A program made the position numbers and the translations under genes. From positions 25,854,001-25,918,000 of the forward strand of contig OZ024761.1 of NCBI GenBank assembly GCA_964016885.1: DNA of 64,000 bases. The letters run 5' to 3'. The notes beneath the pieces were generated by a model, which saw only the letters and a list, made by a program, of their open reading frames with translations, did not search any database and was not told the DNA's origin. Shown piece after piece: positions 24,517 to 42,169 of this stretch. The first letter of the stretch is position 1; each line of letters begins with the position of its first letter. The DNA is from Eledone cirrhosa (Eukaryota).

Positions 24517-25869
24517 GGAAAAAATAAGATTCCATTTCTCACTTAGTACGGCTGATATTTAAATATAAGTATGTATACGTACATATATATATGTATACAG
24601 ACGTACGGTAGTATGTATATACATACATACATGCACACACATATATATATATATATATATATGCACGTATGGGTTTACCGAACATTTATTATAACACAGA
24701 TATATATATATATCTGTGTTTGTGTGACCGCATCTTTCTATCTATGGTTGTTGAAAGATTAACCGCATTTACTCAATTCCATTGAAAATTTAAACACATT
24801 TTGGTCAGCCTAAAAACATTTTCAGTCAACGCTTGTGTGTATGAATGTCTGTGTATGTGTTTGTGAGTGTGTATGTTTAAGTTATAAAAACTATTTTCCT
24901 ATCAGGAAAAGGTTAATTGTAAGGTAGAACATCTTTATTAGAATATTCACACTCGACCTTCATAAAGCAATTTGTACTAATTTGAATGATGAAATTATTC
25001 ATTACAAAGAACTTCCTACCTCTCTCAAGCTTTCCCTCTCTCTTGTAAAGAATGATGTAATAAACTGAAAATATCTACATGATACCGTCTCTTTTTGTTT
25101 ATATGGGCACAGCGATTGAGTCGACTTCTAGGGAGTCGACTTCTTGATAAACCAACAAGAATTGCTTCCAATTATACACATACGCACTCACATTTATATA
25201 CCAATTATTTATTATATATATATATATATATATATTTATATACACACATATATATATTCTCATATATACATACATATATACTCATATATACATACATATA
25301 TACTCTCATATATATATTCATATATATATATACATATATACATATATATGAGGAATAATAGTTTAGTTAGGTAAACGCAGATATCCAGCAGAAATATTTT
25401 AAGACAATAGAAAATCATCGACACTATACGAAATTACGTAACACGTGGCTCCTAAAAGACATTCTTTAATGTAAAAGAATTGATTTCGGGCTTTAAGGAA
25501 TTCATCAAAAGGAGACCATATTGAATTGACAATGAAGAAGAAAATAAGATATAAGGAATATACTAACAATAAATCATCAATAATTGCATTGCTCTTGGAA
25601 ATCAGTTCGATATGATAAAAGAAAATGTACGACTATGTGTATGTGTATATATATGGATGGGTGTGTGTATGTGTATATAAGTGTATATATATGCATACAT
25701 CTGTAAATGTACACATACATACATATATATATATATATACATATGTATAAATATATTTGTATATATACATGCATTCATACGCACACAATTATATATATAT
25801 ATATACATATACATATGTATAAATATATTTGTATATATACATGCATTCATACGCACACAATTATATACA

Positions 25870-25901
<32 letters not shown>

Positions 25902-26355
25902 CATACACACATGTACCACACATCTATACCTCTCTCTCTCTCTCTCTTCCTATATATATATATATATAAGACCAACGTTGTTTTCCAATCAATAATTACG
26001 TTCGATGTATTGTACACTGCGAAATAAATCTTATAAAGCGCCACCTATATTCTGCAAAACATTACGAGGTTAAAGTAAAGGCAAAACATAACAGTAACAA
26101 TAAAAAAAGCAAAAAATAAAACAATATATATATATATATAAAACGAAAATTAAAAACAATATGGAAGACATATAAAAATAGGGGAATACGTTAAGAATCA
26201 TTATAAGATACAATAAACAATAAAATAATTTGTTTCCCATTTCCTTGATACATTCGTCCCTTAAACAAGTTCTTTTACTGATTCTCTTATTTTTTTATAT
26301 TACTCTCTCTCTCTCTGTCTGTGTCTCTTTGTCCCTCTCTGTCTCTCACTCTGTG

Positions 26356-26414
<59 letters not shown>

Positions 26415-26689
26415 GCAACCGCCTCTAGTATTCGGTGGTCTGACCTGATTCGATAATAGAATTACAGAATAAACTATAATTTAATTCCAGACTCATTAGT
26501 TGAACAGAATTGATCGAATTCCAATCTATTTATTTATTTATTTATCTTTTTAACTATTTATTTATTTATTCATTTATTCGAGCGCTCTTGTCTTTAAATA
26601 TTATCTTGTGTCTTTGTATGTCTATATATGCATATTGTCTTCATTCTATCAAATGTATATATACATATATACACATACTCACACACACA

Positions 26690-27286
<597 letters not shown>

Positions 27287-27581
27287 GTACATAAATACAT
27301 ACACATATATATATATATTTATGAATATACATTTGTGTGGCGTCCATTGTTGTTGCTCTTTTTCCGATCATCATTACGATTATCATTAATATTATCATCG
27401 TAATCATCAGCGCCATCATTACATTCGTCATAGTCTTTAATATTCTTAATCTTATTGTCATTACTATTATTATAATCATAAATATCACCATAGTGATTGT
27501 TATGCTTATTAATATCATTCTTAATATTGATATCACCAATCACGATATTGGTGATATCAATATTATTATTATTATTATTAT

Positions 27582-28052
27582 ACTTTGAGTCTCAGTCATT
27601 GATGTTATTTAACTGGAAAGTTTGTTCAAATGAACATCAAGCCACTACCTGCAGCCTCAGATATTCAGGACGTATCGGAGATGTCTTGCTGTTCCCAGCA
27701 AGCATGCCTTTTGAAGCGTTCCAAAAAAGGGGGCTGGACTAATCTTCTTTAACCATCCTTGAAAACTCTTTGAGATAGTACCTAGTTCACCTATGACAAT
27801 CGGAACAACCATACTCTTATGACAGTCCCAAATCCGTTTTAACTCCCACTTTCAATCCTGGTATCGGTTAATTTTCTCCTTCTTCGTTTCTTGCACTCGC
27901 GTATCAAAGGGCTACATCTACAATTAGGTACGATATGTTTACCTTGTCAAAGGCCACCCGTTCAGGCCTATTAAGTTCTTATTTCTTCTCCGTCTGTATC
28001 CTGAAATCCCAGAGCACTTTCACTTTGGCTTCTGATCATACCACTTCTCAGA
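27582..28052 (-). mobile_element. R4/Dong-clade LINE 3' fragment (restriction-like endonuclease region), decayed
   Basis: Translation KVLWDFRIQT...NRPE...LIVDVA...EKINRYQD*KWELKRIW...VVPIVIGELGT...QKACLLGTARHLR; flanked by (TAA)n-type repeats. Confidence 0.85.
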
Positions 28053-28403
28053 ATTTATTATTATTATTATAATTATCATCATTTTTTATTATTATTATCA
28101 CCAGCACTATCATCGTCATCATCATTGTAATCGTAGTTTTCTTTATCATCATCATCATCTATTCATTTCTTTTAAACTTTCCCCACTAACGAAAATAACT
28201 TCAGATTCGGGAAAACTTTTGGAAATATGAGAAATAAATAAATTAAAATATATCAAATAAAAAATAAAAACAAAAAGGAACGAAAAATATAAAAAAATTA
28301 TGGCTGATTTTATTTATTTTTTATTTTTTCTTCAATCAGCAAGAAGCTATTCTTATCTCCATAACGTGGATATATATGTTTAAATAATTCGTTGCAGACA
28401 GTG

Positions 28404-28439
<36 letters not shown>

Positions 28440-28441
28440 CA

Positions 28442-28474
<33 letters not shown>

Positions 28475-28875
28475 ATGTGATATATATATAAATATATATA
28501 CATGCCTGTGTGTGAATGTTTGTGTGTATATGTAAGAATATATATATATATATATATATAATAGTAAAATTAGGAAGTTTCGTTTACATATGAAAAATAT
28601 TTATTGCGTATCGACCTGTTGCGGGCGTTTCGAAAAAGGACTCCAGTATCGATATATTCCTCAGACTCGTGATGCGACACTATATATATATAATATATAT
28701 GATAAAAACGCTCGAAGATTACATTGGTTGGTATACATCTATTACGCATTTTACACTTGATGAGGTCACAGAGTCCTTACACACCATGGACATATTAGAT
28801 GGTGTTTAACAATATATAATCAATTGAAAACTTAAGAGGAACTAATGCGATACCTCGCATTGCTGTCTATATATC

Positions 28876-28906
<31 letters not shown>

Positions 28907-28908
<2 letters not shown>

Positions 28909-29048
28909 AGGAGGTGAGTTTTATTTTAGTACAATAAAGCAATGCAGATATCGGATAAGAAGCACTCTACAGTTTGTAGGACTGGAGTATACATAATATA
29001 TAAGAACAAAAAATGGTTAAAATAACTCTTTTAACCATCTTTTCTTCT

Positions 29049-29054
<6 letters not shown>
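28907..29054. mobile_element. Family F copy with fold-back end
   Basis: Reverse-complement homolog of 14522-14683. Confidence 0.75.
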
Positions 29055-29079
<25 letters not shown>

Positions 29080-29542
29080 GGGTGTGTTTATGTATGTTTG
29101 TACGTCCATAAATCAGTTTCAATTTGTACAAATATTAGATATAATTATTTCAGCAGTAATAATACACCTTGACACTAGACACATTCCCAGAATTCACAGT
29201 TACATTAGTGAGATATTTAGTTGCACAACATCTAGGGATTCGTTTGTAAATTCGAGGGGTGTCCGTTTTCTTACCAGTCAGATAAAATTTGCTTATTCAC
29301 AGTCAATACACAACATATGATCTTCGGGTTTGTATCATCACATAGTTCCGTGTTCAAGCATTTTTGCTGAGTGAAGCAATTTAACAGACTTTCCTTCCAC
29401 CAGTAACCTTGTTTTATTGTCTAATGTATAGAATATGAATTATTGTTTATCACTTCACTACATATATATCTTTTTTTTTTATATGCAGTATATAAATCCC
29501 TTTTTGTACAGCCGACCATGTTATTCTTCACTCTTTCGCTAC

Positions 29543-29580
<38 letters not shown>

Positions 29581-29846
29581 GCGATCCATCTAGGGCGGGA
29601 AAAATTCCCGAGATTGTTTTTTTTTTTTAATGGCTGGTAATACCTTACCGGTGCCACTCGAATAAGGTAATTATTTAACCCATAAATAGGGGCCTTAACA
29701 GGTACTACTACTACTACGGGTCAGAGCAGACCTGGGAGTGATAACAGTTAAGAGGTAACACCACATGCCCCTCATCTCCTGCACTGGAGCCTTGCCACTG
29801 GATGTAGTTTAATGTCATACCCAGGAATATATATATATATATATAT

Positions 29847-30054
29847 AACGAAGGAAATGTGGTAAGGAACCAGGTGGACCAAAACGCACCAAAGTACTCA
29901 ATACTTGAGGTAGTAGAGTGGGTAATAGGAACCAGTAAGACCCCGACAGCTGAGCTCAAACCGTTTCAACGGCTAATTCTGGACTCAGAATTAGCCGTCC
30001 AGAATTAGCCGTCGAAACGGCTTGAGCTCAGCTGTCGGGGTCTTACTGGTTCCT
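29847..30054 (-). mobile_element. Fold-back element family E
   Basis: Same body; inverted arms with a 14-bp duplication cagaattagccgtc at the centre. Confidence 0.8.
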
Positions 30055-30215
30055 ATATATATATATATATATATAAACCAACATAAGAACTAGAAAGAGG
30101 CTCTTTGCATGATAGCAAATGAATCGAATGTTATTAGTATTTGAAAAACTCATTACATTTATTGTAGTCAGCCATATAGAGCGAAAAACTATTATATATA
30201 TATATATTTATATAT

Positions 30216-30367
30216 AAGTGTGGTAAATAACCAGGTGGACAATAAAGAACCAGAGTACTCGATAATTAGGTTAGTAGAGTGCGTAATAGAAGAAGAATCA
30301 GGACCCCGACGGCTGATCTCCGGCCGTTTCGATAGCTAGATCCGGAGCTCAGCCGTCGGCGTCCTGG

Positions 30368-30368
<1 letters not shown>
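30216..30368 (-). mobile_element. Diverged family E copy
   Basis: accaggtggac...gagtactc...ggaccccgacggctga / tcagccgtcgg. Confidence 0.65.
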
Positions 30369-30436
<68 letters not shown>

Positions 30437-30590
30437 ATTGTTTTATATGTATGGCCATTGTATTCGGTTGGTTTTCTTATAACTCGTGTGTTTAATCTAG
30501 ACCTAATGGTTTTAGCTTCCCGCCATTGCACGCTTTGTGATTGCCTCAAACAAATCGAAGAGTATTTGCTGTACAACACCTAAAACTTCG

Positions 30591-30645
<55 letters not shown>

Positions 30646-30834
30646 AGTGAGAGAGAAGAGAGAAGAGGGAGAGAGGAGAGAGAGGGGTAAGGGAGAGAGG
30701 TAGAAGAGAGAAGAGAGAACACAGCGACCCCAAGTGGTTTGAGGTTGTGTTCATTGTTCATTTTTGTTCAGCTTTTCTTCTGTTTATATAGAGTATAATT
30801 AAAATTCCATACCCTAAACATATATGCGCATGTG

Positions 30835-30874
<40 letters not shown>

Positions 30875-30945
30875 AAGATATTAAAGGGAGATAGAGTGAA
30901 AACGTGAGAGGTGATATCAAAATATATACATATGTGTGTATATGA

Positions 30946-30976
<31 letters not shown>

Positions 30977-31305
30977 AAGTTTAAATATTTAATACGCATA
31001 CATATAAACCAACATACACACATATATGCATACATATATATACGCACCCACAGACCGAGCGCGTGACATAAATTGATTTGATTTGACATTTTCGTGGGCA
31101 ATTTACAGTAAACATGTTGACGGCTGAGGGCTTTTGTCAGTGGAAACAAATGGAAATCGATGTAAAATGCAAACATACTGTTGAAAACTGCTCTCAACAT
31201 AACACACAGCACTACACTGAACATGGTTGACACTAGGACTGTTGATATATATTTTTGAACAACTACACCTACACACACACACACGCGCGCGCGCGGGGTC
31301 GAGGA

Positions 31306-31514
31306 GCATGCTTGTGTGGTTAGAGAGTTAGATTAGCAATTGTAAGGTAGTGAGTTCTATTCCCTGAGCGGGCGATACGTTATGTCCTTGGGTAAAACAA
31401 TTTATTTCGCTTTGCTCATTCTACCTGGAGTTGCGACCGATAGAGAGTATTTACAATTGGAAAGACCAATGGAAACACTGTTTCCTCGGTCCGATTTGAC
31501 AAAAATCGATCGAC
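31306..31514 (+). mobile_element. SINE family B copy
   Basis: gtggttagagag...gagttctattcc...tgtccttgggtaaaaca. Confidence 0.85.
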
Positions 31515-31517
31515 TAT

Positions 31518-31553
<36 letters not shown>

Positions 31554-31810
31554 CATTTGCCTCCATCATGGATCAACGAAGCACTCTTGCCATAATAACA
31601 CATTTTGAACTGCTTATCTTCAATAACGATGCATGTAAATATATTTGTTCTTTCCCATTACCTTATCATGTTCCACATTACCCCCCCCCCACACCTTTTT
31701 TTCTTTTTACTTCAAAAACCTTGTTTGTAAATAACATTTATTCATTCTTCCACCATTTTCTTAACATGTTCAACATCACCAACATTTTACACCAATACAA
31801 ATTTCCCCCT

Positions 31811-31840
31811 TTGATAATGCATAAAATGCTGAAACCGGTA
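31811..31840 (+). ncRNA. Hammerhead core, U3-A8 variant, stem I not evident
   Basis: TTGATAA-t-gcat(aaa)atgc-t-GAAAC-cg-GTA with palindromic ACCGGT stem III. Confidence 0.5.
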
Positions 31841-31883
31841 ATAGACAATTATTCAATATATAAATAAATAAATAGATGCTATT

Positions 31884-32036
31884 GTTAATTAATAAATAAA
31901 TTATCTAATACCTTAACACTTCACTCAAAGTAAAATATTTTGTTTTAAACATTTTCTGAGTTAGAAAATGTTTAAAACAAAATATTTTACTTTGTGTGAA
32001 GTGTTAAGTTATTAGATAATTTATTTATTAATTAAC
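31884..32036. repeat. AT-rich palindrome, ~74-bp arms, 5-bp spacer
   Basis: gttaattaataaataaattatctaata...attttct gagtt agaaaat...tattagataatttatttattaattaac. Confidence 0.9.
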
Positions 32037-32129
32037 CATAATTTGCCTTGGTTGCCCTAGAAATATGTATAATAAAATAAATATGGCTTTATAAATATAT
32101 TTTCCATTTATTAATATGGTGTGTGTGTG

Positions 32130-32178
<49 letters not shown>

Positions 32179-32736
32179 TATATATGTAGTAATAAACACA
32201 GTAAATCGTGTGTCTAATATTACGAGGGTTGAAGAAGCAGATTTGTTTGAAATATTTAACTATGAAGCAGACAGAATGATAAAAATAACATTAAATTATA
32301 CAGACCTCCTCAATAACAATTACAATTCTCGGATAGATTAAGGATTAATCTACTTCGCACTGAGTGTGTTTGTAACAGATAATTCACTGGCATCATCAGC
32401 GAGAGAATCTGATTAAATGCGACAATCACCTAATATTAACGTTCACACAGAAAAATGAATTTTTCACCTTGTGTGCTGTAAGTCAAAAGTGGTGTGAGGG
32501 CATTGGTCAGAAATAACTGTCCAACACACCCAACCTTATAGGCTCACCTAGGGAGAGAGCCGAATGTATGTTTCAGTATGAGTTATTAACTCTACCTTTC
32601 ATTTATATATATATGCACGCACAAACATTTCTCAAAGGTGGTAAGCCAAACGGCCAAAAACTGACCCTGTTGATCGCCTTCGAGACAAACATGGATTGTG
32701 TTTACCATTATACTTTTATCATAACTATTATGCAAT

Positions 32737-32798
32737 AAACACCTGATGACGTCCCCAGGATCTTACGGCTTCTGGCAACTGAAATTTACATAGTGTTT
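32737..32798 (+). ncRNA. Minimal type I hammerhead ribozyme
   Basis: aaacac-CTGATGA-stem II (ccagga/ttctgg)-GAAAT-ttac-ATA-gtgttt; perfect 6-bp stem I. Confidence 0.8.
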
Positions 32799-33559
32799 GC
32801 TGTAATGAATCTTTGAAGGAATTTCACCAGACCGGCCTCCTGTCATGTTACTCAATAACCCCCCCCCCCCCCACACACACACACACACATATATATTACT
32901 CTTTTACCTGTTCCAGCGTAGGCTGAGATCATGGTGTTTCAAAGCCGATTGGTTGACTACGTTGAAGCTACGTGAATTCTTCCATCGGGCAATAGGTTAT
33001 AAATAGTACTTTCCTAAACTTCGAGTACCTTACTGAATACGACCTTACTAGTACAATTAGTAAATCCATATACATATATGTGTATATGTGTCTGTGTGGT
33101 CGTGTGTATTTGAATCTATTTATCTATTCATATAAATGTGTGGTGTGGTGGTGTGGTGTGTGTGTGTGTGTGTGATTCATTGAGGGAGACGGAGTATGTG
33201 TGTGTATGTATAAATGTATGTAGATAGATGTGTATATATATATATATGTATGTGGGTGTATGTATATTCATTGATTTAATTGTGAAAAACTATTATAAAT
33301 CTCTCTTTCAGTAAAAAGAATTGCATTTTTTTAATCAAACAAATGAGTTTTTTTGAATCGTCTACCGTATTTTCTCATCTCAACCTACAGACATATCTTC
33401 TGTGCGTTTTATTGATTGTGATGTGTGTGTGTGGGGGGGGGGGTTGCGTGTGTGTGTGTGTATACGTATATAAATATATATACATATATACACACATATA
33501 TATATATGTATTTACATATATAATTTTATATATATATATGTATACACACAATTATATTG

Positions 33560-33593
<34 letters not shown>

Positions 33594-33693
33594 ACGTATA
33601 CAAATATAAATGTATATACATATAGAGAAATATATATACATAAATAAAAATGTATATACATACATGTGTGTGTGTGTCTGTGTGTGTGTGTGT

Positions 33694-33735
<42 letters not shown>

Positions 33736-33769
33736 CTGAATATCCTTACACAACAATCCACTTTGTCAG

Positions 33770-34060
33770 CCAGCAGCGTTATTAACACACATCGTTGATT
33801 TATCTTTCAAAGTCAGAACTATCATCGACCGGAAATGGTTTCGGAAAATGTTGCCATTCTTGTGGAAATTAACAGGGACTGTATTGAATTGGCTGAATTG
33901 ATTCCAATCCACCTTTGTGTTAACAAAGAACGCCTCAGAGCTTTGTCTCTGCCAATGAAGCTCTTTATCTAGCGCAGTGATCCTCAAATATTGTAAGCCA
34001 TCTGCCACTCTGTGAGATCCTTGCTATCCTCTTCATCATCCATGGGGCTTTGATGAAGAA
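33770..34060 (-). mobile_element. Decayed LINE RT fragment (R4-like)
   Basis: GLQYLRITALDKELH resembles the YKYLGI region; related segment at 34935-35045. Confidence 0.45.
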
Positions 34061-34494
34061 AGGGTCTTATTTTTTTAACGTGACTAACGCAAGAGTTTTT
34101 AGCAAAATCACCCGGACCATGAGCTTGCCTCTTTGAGGCTTACATCTGGGCAATGTTATTTTGGGAAAACGGGACACCTCCCTTGTCAAGAATTCTTTCT
34201 TCTACAGCTCGCACTCGCATCTCGCACTCGCATCCCAATTTTGTCTGAGAGATAAATAAAGATAGCATTAGTAACGTCGCAACATTTTTGTTTTCAGCTG
34301 ACCAGACTGGAGCAACGTGAAATGAAGTATTTTGTATAAGGACATAACACGTCAGCCATCCGATTATCCAACCCCTGATCTTAGGATGTTGGCTCAGCAC
34401 TCTATAGGCGTGCCTTCCCTGATCTCCTAAAAACTATATTCAAATAGTAATTACAATATAAATTGTAAAGACTAATCAATTATATATAATATGC

Positions 34495-34612
34495 AGCATA
34501 GTTACGCCCCTTTACGGTCTGAGTTCAAATCCCGCCGAGGTTAACTTTAATAAAGTACCAGTAATGCACTGGGTCACTGCTGGCATTGTGCCAAATGAAG
34601 ACACAATTATAT
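34495..34612 (+). mobile_element. Partial SINE family A
   Basis: agcatagttacgcccctttacggtctgagttcaaatcccgccgagg. Confidence 0.8.
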
Positions 34613-34934
34613 ATAATATGAATCGAATACCTACAGAAGAGAGTTGTATTTTAGTGTTATATTTTAAATATTTTTTATTTCCCATGTAAAGCTTAGATTT
34701 CAATCTCTAAAATTAATCAAGTTTTTGAGTCATTGCATTGGCACTCAGGTTTGTAACTTTAACACCCTTGCTGTCCACGCGACCATTGTGGGTCGATATC
34801 TAATACTGTAGGATCTCTTGAGGCGTGTTACCAATGGAATTGCTAAGAATCAGTATATTTTGAATGTCGTATCACGTAAATCCCATTTTTCAGCTACTCT
34901 CGTGTGTTAATCTATGCCTGGGAGACATGTCTCG

Positions 34935-35045
34935 GTCGATGAAGCTCTTTATCTAGTTCAGTGATTCTGAAATATTGGAAGAAATCAGCCCCTTCGTGAG
35001 ATCCTTGATACTCTCTCTATCGTCCATTAGGCATTCAGAAAGGAA
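34935..35045 (-). mobile_element. Decayed LINE fragment paralogous to 33955-34060
   Basis: gaagctctttatctag...gtgagatccttg shared between the two. Confidence 0.5.
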
Positions 35046-35357
35046 AGGGCTGTGTTGGATCGTGACTAGCCTTGTTAATAACCTTGTATGTGTTTTGAAG
35101 AGCATCTAGATACATCAGTCACATCTCATTCAAATAACACACTATAACTACAAAGAAAGCATTACATATGGCTTTGACACATTTACATTTAGGAGAAAAA
35201 AACGTTACATTGAAATATAATATTAGATGTGATGTACGCGTTTGCACATAGTTGAGAGAGTGCAGTCCTACATAATTCAGTGTGTCAAACAGAAAACAAA
35301 TTAATTAATAAACATATCTCCTATGAGATCTTCAAAGTAATGAAATAGTGCAATGTT

Positions 35358-35424
35358 GGGCTGATGAGATTTAATTAGATTGAAACTTGTATCCTGATGA
35401 GATTTAATTAGAATGAAACTTGTC
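35358..35424 (+). ncRNA. Two tandem minimal hammerhead cores (33-nt period)
   Basis: ggg-CTGATGA-gatttaattagatt-GAAAC-tt-GTA-tc-CTGATGA-gatttaattagaat-GAAAC-tt-GTC. Confidence 0.7.
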
Positions 35425-36121
35425 AGAGTTTTCTACGATCCTTGAAAAAATTTGAATGAAATTAATATTGCTCTTCGACTTAATATGTTTATCACCCTGG
35501 TCTAGCCGTAATTATAATTCTAAGTAATTAAATTTCAAAGATGTCTTCCCTTCAGCAATGAGGAAATTTGATTAAGATCAAGCTTTGAAACATTGTTTTC
35601 CGAATGCTCAAATTTAAGTTAGTTTTAATTAACTGAAGTTGCTGCTTTTTCTCAGTACACCAAGGATATTGGTAGTCTCATAATCAAATAAGTACTAAGT
35701 AGTTCATATGTTAAAACTTTTCACCTTAATTTGTCTTAGCACTGCCAAAATAGATAAGTGCACATTGTATTTATGTATTACTGTCCCGTAACTCCTGATA
35801 GAGTCATAGGTGCGCAGTATTGACATACGGCGTTTCTAGGGCGGTATTCAAGTCCTGAATACAGTAGATATCTTCCAGAGAAGGATAAAGAGAGTGATAA
35901 ATTTCTGTATTAATTACAGCCGACATGCCTTTTTGTATTAGTTGATGTCTTTGATGGAAAGGGTCTCATTCTAAAAACCGCATCTCTTGTGAAGTAACTG
36001 CCTGGCGGTTGATTTCCTTAGGGCTACAACTTCGACTCTTAACTATTATTGGGCTTGAACTTCCAGTGAAGGTTAGGAAGTGAGCGAGAGCAAGTCAGAA
36101 AGAGATATAAAGGAGAAATTG

Positions 36122-36820
36122 ACCCCAGTACATGAGTCACACTTTTTTATCGACCATGAATATATGAAAGGCAAAGGTGAACTCGGCAGGATTTGAACTG
36201 AGAGTGCAAAGAGCTGAAACCAATACTACAAAGCATTCTATCCGACGTTCTGACAACTCTGTAAATTCGTCGCTTTTTTTAGTGTACATTATGATAGAAT
36301 AAAAGGGCAGTGGATTGACAATTTCCGTAGAGGGACAGACCCAATGATTTGCAGCAATGAATTGCGGCCCTTTATCATCTGAGTTCAAATACCACAGAGG
36401 TTAACTTTGCCTTTCATCCTTACGGGGTCGATAAATTAAAGTACAAGTAATGTACTGGGATAATTGCTTGCTTCAGCGTTAGTATAAGTATAACGTTTAG
36501 CAATAATTATAATTATTTCTATATTTGGCACAAGGCGAGCAAATTGAATGGAAGGGGAAAGTAGATTGACCCATGCTTTACTGGTACATTATTTTACCAA
36601 CTACCTAAGGATGAAAGCAAAGCTGCTAATAATAATTGTTTCTACGTTAGGCACAAGGCCAGAAATTACCCAGTGTATTACTGGTATTTATTTTATCGAC
36701 CCCGTAAGGATGAAAGACAAAGTTAACCTCGGCGGAATTTGAACTCAGAATGGCAACGGCCGTAACTCTATGCGTAAAGTACCAGTAATACACTGGCCTT
36801 GTGCCAGAAGTAGAAATAAT
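36122..36820. mobile_element. Cluster of 4-5 SINE family A copies and fragments in both orientations
   Basis: Repeated tcgaccccgtaaggatgaaag / ggcacaaggc motifs. Confidence 0.8.
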
Positions 36821-37471
36821 TATATATTATAATTATATATAACATATATATATATTTTATATATATATATATATATTATATATTTATATTATATATATAT
36901 TATATATTTATATATTAAATATATAAAAAAATATATATAATATATATATAATATATATGTAATATATATATATATATACACATATATATATATATATGAA
37001 TATAAACATATACATGTGTGTGTGTATGCATATATAGATGTGTATATATATACATATATATATATATATGTATATATATATGCAATATTATATATCTACT
37101 TTAATTAAATTCTACATTAGAAACGGAAGATAATATTAAAACTAAAACTACACACAAGAAGAAAAGCAGGTGACATCAAATGAGATTTCTTTTTTCCGCT
37201 GATATTTTTGTATATTTGTCAGTAGTTAGTTTTCATATAGATTGGAGCAAAAAATATGTGTTGAGCGCTTCTAAAAAAAAAGTTAACCTCCTAAAATAAA
37301 AGCAAAATGAAAGAGTTGCAAGTCAGCCATAAATTAAACGATTAATGGCGCATAATGCAACATAAAACGTAAAATATAACACCAATATATAAATGTATTT
37401 TAATCTTTATTCATATATGTATGGATGGATGCATGTATGAACATATATATATATATATTTATATATTTATA

Positions 37472-37571
<100 letters not shown>

Positions 37572-37580
37572 TTATATATT

Positions 37581-37613
<33 letters not shown>

Positions 37614-37618
37614 TTATA

Positions 37619-37699
<81 letters not shown>

Positions 37700-37726
37700 A
37701 TATATATTTATATATTTATATATATA

Positions 37727-37872
<146 letters not shown>

Positions 37873-37896
37873 TATATATATATATTTATATATATA

Positions 37897-38243
<347 letters not shown>

Positions 38244-38260
38244 ATTTATATATATATATT

Positions 38261-38293
<33 letters not shown>

Positions 38294-38370
38294 ATTTATA
38301 TATATATATATTTATATATATATATTTATATATATATATATATATATTTATATATTTATATATATATATT

Positions 38371-38457
<87 letters not shown>

Positions 38458-38472
38458 ATTTATATATATATA

Positions 38473-38637
<165 letters not shown>

Positions 38638-38640
38638 ATT

Positions 38641-38700
<60 letters not shown>

Positions 38701-38750
38701 TATATATATATTTATATATATATTTATATATATATATTTATATATATATT

Positions 38751-38789
<39 letters not shown>

Positions 38790-38803
38790 ATATATATATA
38801 TTT

Positions 38804-38838
<35 letters not shown>

Positions 38839-38841
38839 ATT

Positions 38842-39006
<165 letters not shown>

Positions 39007-39009
39007 ATT

Positions 39010-39046
<37 letters not shown>

Positions 39047-39070
39047 ATATATATTTATATTATATATATA

Positions 39071-39117
<47 letters not shown>

Positions 39118-39136
39118 ATTTATATATATATATATT

Positions 39137-39175
<39 letters not shown>

Positions 39176-39194
39176 ATTTATATATATATATATT

Positions 39195-39251
<57 letters not shown>

Positions 39252-39254
39252 ATT

Positions 39255-39399
<145 letters not shown>

Positions 39400-39512
39400 A
39401 TTTATATATATATTTATATATATATATTTATATATATATATATTTATATATATTTATATATATATATATTTATATATATATATTATTATATATATTTATA
39501 TATATATATATT

Positions 39513-39573
<61 letters not shown>

Positions 39574-39593
39574 ATATTTATAATATATATATA

Positions 39594-39666
<73 letters not shown>

Positions 39667-39669
39667 ATT

Positions 39670-39702
<33 letters not shown>

Positions 39703-39717
39703 TTATATATATATATT

Positions 39718-39878
<161 letters not shown>

Positions 39879-39880
39879 TA

Positions 39881-40035
<155 letters not shown>

Positions 40036-40036
40036 T

Positions 40037-40189
<153 letters not shown>

Positions 40190-40290
40190 TTATATATATA
40201 TATTTATATATATATATTTATATATATATATATATATTTATATATATTTATATATATATATTTATATATATATATTTATATATATATATT

Positions 40291-40322
<32 letters not shown>

Positions 40323-40383
40323 CATATATATATATATATTTATATATATATACATATATATATTTATATATATAATTATATAT

Positions 40384-40436
<53 letters not shown>

Positions 40437-40443
40437 ATTATAT

Positions 40444-40479
<36 letters not shown>

Positions 40480-40664
40480 AATAATTATATATATATATAT
40501 AATATTATATATATATATATATATATATAAATATATATATAAATATATATAATATATATATATAAATATATATATATAAATATATATAATATATATATAA
40601 TATATATATATAAATATATATATATAAATATATATAATATATATATATATAAATAAATATATAT

Positions 40665-40827
<163 letters not shown>

Positions 40828-40831
40828 ATAT

Positions 40832-41115
<284 letters not shown>

Positions 41116-41117
41116 AT

Positions 41118-41396
<279 letters not shown>

Positions 41397-41404
41397 TATA
41401 TAAT

Positions 41405-41443
<39 letters not shown>

Positions 41444-41444
41444 A

Positions 41445-41519
<75 letters not shown>

Positions 41520-41529
41520 ATATATATAT

Positions 41530-41560
<31 letters not shown>

Positions 41561-41570
41561 ATATATATAT

Positions 41571-41616
<46 letters not shown>

Positions 41617-41634
41617 TATATATATATAATATAT

Positions 41635-41700
<66 letters not shown>

Positions 41701-41711
41701 ATAATATATAT

Positions 41712-41764
<53 letters not shown>

Positions 41765-41781
41765 ATATATATATAATATAT

Positions 41782-41956
<175 letters not shown>

Positions 41957-41966
41957 TATAATATAT

Positions 41967-42062
<96 letters not shown>

Positions 42063-42106
42063 TATATATAATATATATATATATAATATATATATATATA
42101 TATAAT

Positions 42107-42161
<55 letters not shown>

Positions 42162-42169
42162 TATATATA

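Noticed and set aside
25480-25515. Minus-strand TTGATGA...GAAAT
   Set aside because: No supporting stems.
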